From contig CAZUKA010000002.1 in the NCBI GenBank assembly GCA_964620905.1, positions 191,112 to 255,111 of the forward strand: a DNA stretch of 64,000 nucleotides. The letters are read 5' to 3'. The notes below the pieces were generated by a model. It worked only from the letters and a program-made list of their open reading frames with translations, ran no database searches and had not been told where the DNA came from. The DNA is from an uncultured Gammaproteobacteria bacterium (GTDB taxonomy: Bacteria > Patescibacteriota > Patescibacteriia > S139-126). The position numbers and the translations under genes were made by a program. Shown here piece by piece: positions 50,055 through 57,579 of the stretch (positions within the stretch are counted from its first letter, which is position 1; every line of letters begins with the position of its first letter).

Positions 50055-51302
50055 GTGAGTTCACAACCTGAGAACGATATTAAAAAAGATTTTCCAATTT
50101 TTAAACAAGCCAAGGTCAAACACCGACCCTGGGTGTATTTGGATAGTGCTGCCACCAGTCAAAAGCCCCGTAGCGTGATTAATGCGGTGGCAGATTGGTA
50201 CGAGCGTTTCAATGCCAATATTCACAGGGGTGTTTATGAACTGGCGGAGAACGCCACAGTTAAATACGATCTAGCCAGACAAGTGGTAGCGGGTTTTATC
50301 AAAGCTGAAAGTTCCAGGCAAATAATTTTTACCAAAGGTACCACCGAGGGGATAAATTTGGTAGCCGGAGCTTGGGGTAGAAAAAATTTACGAGCTGGAG
50401 ATACAATTTTACTTACTACCATGGAACACCATGCCAACTTGGTACCCTGGCAGGAGTTGGCCAAGGAAAAAAAATTGCAATTGAAATTTTTGGAATTTGA
50501 TAAGAACGGAGAGTTGATTTTAGATAATTTAGATAAACAATTAGCAAGCGTTAAACTGGTAAGTCTAGTATATGTGTCCAATGTTTTAGGGACTATCAAT
50601 CCAGTTAAAAAAATAATCAGCCACTGTCATAAAAAAAATATTCCCGTACTAATTGATGCTGCGCAGGCGGTGCCCCATCTGCCAATTGATGTTCAGAAAT
50701 TAGATTGTGACTTTTTGGTTTTTTCCGGTCATAAAATGTTAGGCCCTACTGGTATAGGTGTGTTTTATGCTAAAAAAAATAGATTAGAACAAATGTCTGT
50801 CTACCAGACTGGTGGCGATATGATAAAAGAAGTAACTTTGAAAACCAGTACCTATACATCTTATCCGCAAAAATTCGAAGCTGGTACGCAAAACCTATCG
50901 TCAGCAGTGGGATTGGCTGAAGCAATAGTTTATTTGCAAGCGATTGGCATGGAGAGAGTCTCTAGACATGATCAAATGTTGGTTGGTTATGCCTATGAGC
51001 AAATGAAAAAAATAAAGTCAGTAGAAATTTATGGTCCCAAAACTATTAAACGTTCTGGCAGTATCGCTTTCAATGTACAAAGTATTCACGCTCATGACTT
51101 AGCCACCTTTCTCGCTCAGCGGGGGATTTGTATTAGAGCCGGTCATCATTGTGCCCAGCCGTTGCATGAATGTTTAAAAATTTCTGCTTCGGCTCGGGTG
51201 AGTTTTTATATTTATAATGACAAGCATGATGTTGATTATTTTATTACCGCTTTAAAAGAAATTATTAAAGAGTGGGAGAAAATAAATAAACTTAATTCGT
51301 AA
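50055..51302 (+). CDS. sufS: Cysteine desulfurase SufS
   Basis: YLDSAATSQKP, EHHAN, DAAQ, SGHKMLGPTG, RAGHHCAQP. Confidence 0.96.
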   Translation: MSSQPENDIKKDFPIFKQAKVKHRPWVYLDSAATSQKPRSVINAVADWYERFNANIHRGVYELAENATVKYDLARQVVAGFIKAESSRQIIFTKGTTEGINLVAGAWGRKNLRAGDTILLTTMEHHANLVPWQELAKEKKLQLKFLEFDKNGELILDNLDKQLASVKLVSLVYVSNVLGTINPVKKIISHCHKKNIPVLIDAAQAVPHLPIDVQKLDCDFLVFSGHKMLGPTGIGVFYAKKNRLEQMSVYQTGGDMIKEVTLKTSTYTSYPQKFEAGTQNLSSAVGLAEAIVYLQAIGMERVSRHDQMLVGYAYEQMKKIKSVEIYGPKTIKRSGSIAFNVQSIHAHDLATFLAQRGICIRAGHHCAQPLHECLKISASARVSFYIYNDKHDVDYFITALKEIIKEWEKINKLNS

Positions 51303-51304
51303 CC

Positions 51305-51667
51305 ATGGATCTCTATCAGCAAAAAATAATGGATCACTATCTACATCCCAAACATCAGGGAAAATTAGTTAAAGCCGATAAAAAGTTTATTGGACAGAAT
51401 AGATCATGTGGCGATAAAGTTGATTTTCAGGTAAAATTGGACAATAAAGGAAAGGTTAAACAAGTAGCTTGGCAGGGGAGTGGTTGTACTATTTCCCAAG
51501 CGGCAGCTTCAATTTTGGCAGATTTTATGGTTGGTAAAAATATTAAACAGGTGCAAAATATAAACCCAGATGATTTTATGCAAGATTTGGAAGTTGAGTT
51601 ATCACCAGCCAGACGTAAATGTGCACTTTTGCCACTTTATACAGTAAAAGAAGAAGAATTAGAATAG
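51305..51667 (+). CDS. sufU: SufU/IscU-type protein
   Basis: DHYLHP, NRSCGD, GCTISQA, RRKCALL. Confidence 0.92.
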   Translation: MDLYQQKIMDHYLHPKHQGKLVKADKKFIGQNRSCGDKVDFQVKLDNKGKVKQVAWQGSGCTISQAAASILADFMVGKNIKQVQNINPDDFMQDLEVELSPARRKCALLPLYTVKEEELE

Positions 51668-51721
51668 AATTATAAATTATAAAAAAATATCAATAAATTT
51701 ATAATTTAAAATTAATTAAGT

Positions 51722-51802
51722 ATGTACAAAAAGAAAAAACAAGCTCGAAAAAAACAACAAAAGAAACGTGGTAAAAAAATTGGATTACTTCATTACCGCT
51801 AA
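51722..51802 (+). CDS. 26-aa highly basic peptide; not in ORF track
   Basis: MYKKKKQARKKQQKKRGKKIGLLHYR, directly followed by terminator AAAGCCCCGA/TCGGGGCTTT. Confidence 0.5.
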   Translation: MYKKKKQARKKQQKKRGKKIGLLHYR

Positions 51803-52052
51803 TAAAAGCCCCGAGTCATTCGGGGCTTTATTGTTTTGATTATACATTCTTAATTACTAAGAAATTTTTTAACATTTTAAATCAGCTGAAGGCAGTGCGA
51901 AGCAATTTAACAGGGTGAGTTAAAATTGACCAATTTAATCATTGATTAGTAATTATTTATTAATAATTAATAATTATTCCTTAATTCTTACTTCTAATAA
52001 AAGTTATCCACATTGTTTAAAAAAGTTAGTTTTTTTATCCATTTTTAATATC

Positions 52053-52082
52053 TTGACTTTCGGTTTTCTTTCGGTATATACT
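52053..52082 (+). promoter_or_regulatory. lexA promoter with direct-repeat operator candidate
   Basis: TTGACT-18-TATACT enclosing CTTTCGGT-ttt-CTTTCGGT. Confidence 0.65.
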
Positions 52083-52135
52083 ATACGTATAGTATATAAC
52101 ACATAACATAGAATAAAAATATTTATTATATTTAT

Positions 52136-52759
52136 ATGTCATTAAATGTTCTTACCAAACGGCAAAAACAAATTCTAGATTTTATTATCGGGTTTATTGA
52201 GGAAAACGGCTATGCGCCTACTTATCAGGAAATTGGTGATTATTTTGATTTGTCATCACCAGCAACTATTTACCAACACATTAAAGCTTTGGAAGATAAA
52301 GGTTATTTGAAATCAGAGTACAATGCCAAGCGCTCATTAGAAGTTTTATCAGTCAAGGATGAGTCTATGAGTCTGGCCTTTCAAATTCCTTTGGTTGGGT
52401 TGATTACCGCCGGTGAGCCGATTGAGGCAGTAGAGGAAAATGAAACAATTGCCATTCCTTCCAATTTAGTCGTTAAACAAGAAAATACTTTTGTTTTGAA
52501 AGTAAAAGGTGATTCTATGATTGGTGATGGTATTCTTTCCGGTGATTATGTAGTGGTAGAGAGAAACAATTATCCCCAAAACGGGGATATTATAGTGGCT
52601 TTGCTTGATAATGCTTATGCAACTTTGAAAAGATTTTATCGCGAACAAACTAGGATTAGGTTGCAACCAGCCAACGGCAAATACAAACCAATTTATGTCA
52701 AAGATCTAATCGTGCAAGGAATTGTTAGAGGGGTTATTAGGAATTATCAAAGAATATGA
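52136..52759 (+). CDS. lexA: SOS repressor LexA
   Basis: LTKRQKQIL, GYAPT, AG cleavage site (TAGEPI), GDSM, ATLKR. Confidence 0.96.
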   Translation: MSLNVLTKRQKQILDFIIGFIEENGYAPTYQEIGDYFDLSSPATIYQHIKALEDKGYLKSEYNAKRSLEVLSVKDESMSLAFQIPLVGLITAGEPIEAVEENETIAIPSNLVVKQENTFVLKVKGDSMIGDGILSGDYVVVERNNYPQNGDIIVALLDNAYATLKRFYREQTRIRLQPANGKYKPIYVKDLIVQGIVRGVIRNYQRI

Positions 52760-52826
52760 AAAATAGAATTTTGAATTTAGAATATTGAATCTAGATTCTA
52801 GACTCAATATTCAAGATTCAGTACAC

Positions 52827-52914
52827 AAATAAAACGCCCGTATCTGGCATAAAGGAAGACACGGACGTTTGCACCAGCCGTTGCCGTCGTGGCAACAAAA
52901 TAAAAGTGGCGCTA
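52827..52914 (-). ncRNA. Candidate ~88-nt small RNA
   Basis: Minus-strand TTGCAC-17-TACAAT; two GC-rich hairpins with G-U pairs only on the minus strand; U tail. Confidence 0.6.
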
Positions 52915-53010
52915 TTTATATTGTAAGAATTTTTTTGGTCTAGTGCAAATATTTTATAGTTGTGGATAACTTTATTTAAAGAATTATGAATTAAGAAATA
53001 AGAATTAAGT

Positions 53011-53140
53011 ATAAATTCTAAATTCAAAGCACTAAATACTAAACAAATTCAAAATCATAAATTAAAATGTTCAAAACAGATAAAAGAGTAGAAAATAATA
53101 AGTTTGAGATTTAAATATTTGAATTTAGATATTGTTTATT
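53011..53140. repeat. AT-rich palindromic (MITE-like) element, copy 2
   Basis: Exact blocks shared with 20361-20508. Confidence 0.7.
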
Positions 53141-53191
53141 ATTTGTTTTAAAAATTATAAAATTAAAAATTTAAAAATTATTTATAAACAT

Positions 53192-53317
53192 ATGAAAAAA
53201 AACAAATTTTTTATCAAGCCGTATTTATTAAGCAAAAAACGTAAGTCAGTCTTGCCTCACCGGAGTTTATATTCTTTGACTTTTGGTCATCTACCTCGTT
53301 TTTCCCGCAGTCAATAA
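53192..53317 (+). CDS. 41-aa basic small ORF (possible uORF)
   Basis: MKKNKFFIKPYLLSKKRKSVLPHRSLYSLTFGHLPRFSRSQ. Confidence 0.4.
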   Translation: MKKNKFFIKPYLLSKKRKSVLPHRSLYSLTFGHLPRFSRSQ

Positions 53318-53489
53318 ATCTAAATTGTTATTTAATTGTATTTATTAGCCTTCATCTCCGCTTACCGTGATGATATGTTGGGGGGTAGGTGGATCACTAG
53401 TTTTATATTTTATTGAAGTAAAACCAGACGAGTAAGTTTGTGAATCTTTATATTCAAGATTCTAAATTCTATATTCTATATTCAAAAAA

Positions 53490-53738
53490 ATGCATGAAAA
53501 ATTTAATGAACCAATAGAAGTAGAAGCAGTTTTTTTACGCGATCGAGTTGTACCGAGAAGCTTTGCTTGGCAAGGGGTTATTTACCATATAAAAAATATT
53601 GGTTTGAAACATCATGTATTGTTAGGTAGAGAAAAAATTCATTATTTTTCTGTGTCAGATGGAGTGAATTTTTTTCGTCTGCGTTTTTCCGGTGATAGTT
53701 TAAAGTGGCAACTAGAGGAGATATATAATGAAGGATGA
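53490..53738 (+). CDS. Small DUF6504-like protein
   Basis: P.SFAWQG..Y.I...F.V...FRLRF...W.L pattern; directly upstream of dinB. Confidence 0.6.
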   Translation: MHEKFNEPIEVEAVFLRDRVVPRSFAWQGVIYHIKNIGLKHHVLLGREKIHYFSVSDGVNFFRLRFSGDSLKWQLEEIYNEG

Positions 53739-53857
53739 ATAATGATTTAAGATTTATGATTTATGAAGTTTTATTTTTGATATATTATTCTTAAATTATA
53801 AGTCCCCGTGCCCTATTAATCTAAATTAGGTAATAGTTCATTATATCTATTTATTTT

Positions 53858-55075
53858 ATGCGACAAGTTATTTTACATATAGATATGAACTCTTATTTTG
53901 CTTCAGTGGAGCAGCAAGCCAATCCTTTGTTGCGCGGTCATCCGGTCGGGGTGTGTGCTTATTTATCAGCTAATGGTTGTATAATTGCCTCTTCAATTGA
54001 AGCTAAAAAGTTCGGCATCAAGACTGGTATGCGAGTTGGTACAGCTAAAAAAATTTGCCCCCAACTTGTCTTACTGGCCAATGATCCTGATAAATATCGT
54101 TTTGTTTCCAGACAAATATTTTCTATATTTAAAAAAATATCCGATGAGGTGGAAATATATTCTATTGATGAAGCTTTTATTGATCTGACTGGTTTGGTAA
54201 AAGATTTTTCCGCCGCCCGAGAGTTGGCTAGGCAGATAAAGGAGGCAATCAAACAACAAGTAGGTAACTATTTAAACTGTTCAATAGGTATTTCTTATAC
54301 CAGGTGGTTGGCAAAGTTTGCTTCTGATATCAGCGGACCTGATGGTTTGACTATTATTGATCAAACTGATTTGCCCCAGTTGTTTAAAAACCGCCCTTTA
54401 CAGCAGGCTTGGGGTATAGGCCAGGCTTTAGCTAGACGTTTACATCTTTTGGGAATAGATGATTTACAGAAATTGCAGCAGAGCTCTTCTGATTTTTTAA
54501 AAAGAAATTTGGGTTGGTATGGATATTATTTGTGGTGCCATTTAAACGGTTTAACAGTAGACAAAGTAGATCAGGAAAGAAATCAAATACCCAAATCAAT
54601 TGGTCATTCTTATTGTTTACCAAAGATAACTGCGGATAAAGGATACTTGTCAGGTATTATGTCTAAGTTAGTTTGGCGGGCAGCTAGTCGTTTGCGTTTA
54701 CTCAAACTACAAACTGGTAGGATAAATTGTGGTTATAGTTGTATTGATGGACAAAGAGTATTTCATAGTTGGAAATTAACCAATTATTTATTTGATTCAG
54801 TGGATATTATAAAACAATCATTAACCTTGTTTGATCAACCCATTAAACCCCAAGTTAATTTTTTGGCGGTTAGTTTAGGAAATTTAGTTCCCAGTACAGG
54901 ACAACTTTCTTTTTTTCGTGATGAAGGTAAAAAGAAAAAAATAAATCAAGCCATAGATAATATCAATGCCAAGTTTGGTGAGTTTACTTTATTGCCTGGT
55001 AATTTGTTGCCCTATAGTAACAATGTACCTGATAGAATAGGTTTTAGAAAAAGTTTTGATAGTATGAGTTTATAA
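53858..55075 (+). CDS. dinB: Y-family DNA polymerase IV
   Basis: ILHIDMNSYFASVEQ, SIDEAFID, AKFASD, WGIG, KSIGHS. Confidence 0.93.
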   Translation: MRQVILHIDMNSYFASVEQQANPLLRGHPVGVCAYLSANGCIIASSIEAKKFGIKTGMRVGTAKKICPQLVLLANDPDKYRFVSRQIFSIFKKISDEVEIYSIDEAFIDLTGLVKDFSAARELARQIKEAIKQQVGNYLNCSIGISYTRWLAKFASDISGPDGLTIIDQTDLPQLFKNRPLQQAWGIGQALARRLHLLGIDDLQKLQQSSSDFLKRNLGWYGYYLWCHLNGLTVDKVDQERNQIPKSIGHSYCLPKITADKGYLSGIMSKLVWRAASRLRLLKLQTGRINCGYSCIDGQRVFHSWKLTNYLFDSVDIIKQSLTLFDQPIKPQVNFLAVSLGNLVPSTGQLSFFRDEGKKKKINQAIDNINAKFGEFTLLPGNLLPYSNNVPDRIGFRKSFDSMSL

Positions 55076-55224
55076 TTTTGAAAATTTAATTTATTAATTT
55101 AGGCTTGATTTTTTTTAAAAAGTATGCTATAATTAGTATATATAATGATAATTATAAATTTTAGATTATAGAAAATTTAAGATTATCATAGAAAAAATAT
55201 AAAAATAAAAATTAAAATAAAATT

Positions 55225-55506
55225 ATGTTTAAAAAAATCCAAAATTTACGCTTTGATCGTTTTGCCCACCATTTGGCGGTAGCTAGCTTGGTGGTTTTTT
55301 TGTTGGTTGTTAACTTTACTATGTACAACTATGCTTCAGCTCAAACTGGAGTAGAAATGGATACCAAAATTAATTCGGTTATTATCAGTGTAGCTGATAC
55401 CTATGAACGCAGCGCTACCTATATGTATGAGTATAGCGTGACTTGGGGCGAGTTGTTATTAGAATGGGAAGATTTTATTGTTGATACATATTATCTTACC
55501 AAGTAG
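55225..55506 (+). CDS. Hypothetical secreted or membrane protein
   Basis: Signal-like segment; own TGCTATAAT promoter and terminator. Confidence 0.55.
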   Translation: MFKKIQNLRFDRFAHHLAVASLVVFLLVVNFTMYNYASAQTGVEMDTKINSVIISVADTYERSATYMYEYSVTWGELLLEWEDFIVDTYYLTK

Positions 55507-55637
55507 TTAATAATTTTTAAAAATCGCACAAAAATCCCGTTTCCTACGGGATTTTTTTTATAAAATTTGCTATAATTTATCCGTAATTTCTTATTCTTTA
55601 TTCTTAATTCTTAATTCTTAATTCTTACTCTATATTT

Positions 55638-56522
55638 ATGTGGTTTTGGCTAGTAATGGTTGCTTATGTTTTAAATGCGGTAGCAACCCTAATTTCCAAA
55701 CGTTTATTGATCACAACTATTCCTCATCCAGTAGTGTTTGTTTTTTATATAGGTGTACTAAATTTGTTGGCTTTAGTGTTATTACCATTTGGTTTTTATG
55801 TACCAACCATCGGGAAAATATTGCTAGCATTGTTATCAGGCAGTGCTTATGCCGCAGCCATGTATTATTTAGCTAAATCTTTGCAGATTGATCAGGCATC
55901 ACAGGTAGCACCAATGATTGGGGGGTTGCAACCAATTTTTGTGGTTTTATTTGCTTGGTGGTTTTTACCTGAAAAATTGACGCAAATACAATACTTAGGT
56001 ATAGCTTTTTTAATAATTGGTTCATTACTCATGGCGTTGGAGTTGGGGCGGCGACGTGTTTTTACTGAAAGTCTCAAATATATTTTTATTTCTAGTATTT
56101 TATTTGGCTTGTCTTATGCTTCACTAAAATTAGTATATTTACAACAAAATTTTGTCTCTGGTTTTGTTTGGACTAGATTTGGTACATTTATTTTTGTCAT
56201 GGTATTGATTCTATTGCCACACAACTGGTCAAAAGTTAGAGAAAATTTTAGACGCACTGGTGAAAAGGTAAAAGCCATGTTTGTAATTGGGCAAATTTTA
56301 GGAGCACTAAGTTTTTTACTAGTGTCAGGAGCAATATTTTTAGGTCCGGTTACTGTTATTAATGCCCTACAAGGGGTACAGTATGCAGTTTTGTTTATTT
56401 TTATTTTACTTCTAGCCAGAAAATACCCCTCGCTTTTGGATGAGCCGTTGCGGCGGCCAATTGTAGTACAAAAGATCGCGGCTATTTTGCTTTTGATATT
56501 AGGTTTGGCGTTAGTGATTTAA
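55638..56522 (+). CDS. EamA/DMT family transporter
   Basis: About ten TM in a duplicated arrangement. Confidence 0.8.
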   Translation: MWFWLVMVAYVLNAVATLISKRLLITTIPHPVVFVFYIGVLNLLALVLLPFGFYVPTIGKILLALLSGSAYAAAMYYLAKSLQIDQASQVAPMIGGLQPIFVVLFAWWFLPEKLTQIQYLGIAFLIIGSLLMALELGRRRVFTESLKYIFISSILFGLSYASLKLVYLQQNFVSGFVWTRFGTFIFVMVLILLPHNWSKVRENFRRTGEKVKAMFVIGQILGALSFLLVSGAIFLGPVTVINALQGVQYAVLFIFILLLARKYPSLLDEPLRRPIVVQKIAAILLLILGLALVI

Positions 56523-56564
56523 ATAAGTGTTTAGTATCAGGTATTAAGTAATTTATAATTTTTC

Positions 56565-57569
56565 TTGTTTGTGCTTAAAATTTTTAAAAAATCATTTCGG
56601 TTAGTGGTTGTAAGTTTAGTAATTTTTATTATTGGTTATTTTTTTATGAAAGACTTTTCTTTTAATAAAATAAATTGGGGGGTCACCTTTTCTCAACTAT
56701 ATGCCAAAGAACTGGGGTTGGATTGGCGTCAGGCATATTTAGCAATTCTTGATGATTTGCAGGTAAAAAACTTACGATTGGTAGTTTATTGGTCAAACGT
56801 TGAGACTACAATGGGAGAATTTGATTTTACTGAAGTTGATTGGCAAATTGTCGAAGCACAGAAAAGAGGTGCAAGCGTAGTTTTGGCTATTGGTGAGCGC
56901 GTACCGCGCTGGCCCGAGTGTCATACCCCTCCGTGGGCTACAAAAATTTCACCAGAGGAAAAAGAAAAAAGAATAGAGGTTTTGTATGAAGAAACAGTTA
57001 AACATTTTCGGATTTATTCAAATATTGTTATGTGGCAGGTGGCCAACGAGCCATTTTTGAAAAGTTTTGGTAAATGTGGCGAGGTTACTTCTGATCAGGT
57101 AGCTAAATATATAAAGATTATCAAAGACAATGACAGTAAAGATCGCCCCATTATGCTCACTGAATCAGGTGAACTATCAACTTGGGTACAAAGTGCTAAA
57201 CTGGCAGAAGTAATAGGTAGTTCATTGTATCGTACGGTTTGGAACAAATATTTTGGATATTGGAGCTATCCTTGGCCGCCGGCTTATTATCGTTGGCACG
57301 CTGATTTAATAAAGAAATTTTTTCCGGTTAAACGAGTGATTATTTCCGAATTGCAAGCCGAACCATGGCCACCGGGTAAACACATTGTAAATACTTCACT
57401 TGACGATCAGTTTAAATCGTTTGATTTAAAACGTTTGCAAAAAAATATCAATTATACCAAAAAAACCGGCTTTGACGAGGTTTATTTTTGGGGAGCAGAG
57501 TGGTGGTACTATATGAAAGAAAAACAAAACCATCCTGAGTTTTGGTTGGAAGTAAGAAAACTCAAATAA
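56565..57569 (+). CDS. Clan GH-A glycoside hydrolase-like protein
   Basis: N-terminal TM; WQVANEP acid/base, ISELQAEPW nucleophile. Confidence 0.75.
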   Translation: MFVLKIFKKSFRLVVVSLVIFIIGYFFMKDFSFNKINWGVTFSQLYAKELGLDWRQAYLAILDDLQVKNLRLVVYWSNVETTMGEFDFTEVDWQIVEAQKRGASVVLAIGERVPRWPECHTPPWATKISPEEKEKRIEVLYEETVKHFRIYSNIVMWQVANEPFLKSFGKCGEVTSDQVAKYIKIIKDNDSKDRPIMLTESGELSTWVQSAKLAEVIGSSLYRTVWNKYFGYWSYPWPPAYYRWHADLIKKFFPVKRVIISELQAEPWPPGKHIVNTSLDDQFKSFDLKRLQKNINYTKKTGFDEVYFWGAEWWYYMKEKQNHPEFWLEVRKLK

Positions 57570-57579
57570 TTAAAAGATT

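Noticed and set aside
51722-51830. Lys-sensing attenuator
   Set aside because: No antiterminator partner seen, and the downstream lexA has its own promoter.
51830-52135. Replication origin
   Set aside because: Only one perfect DnaA box here and no dnaA/dnaN nearby.
52818-53027. 69-aa minus-strand ORF from the track
   Set aside because: It spans the heptamer repeats and the predicted sRNA promoter, so it is better explained as non-coding.
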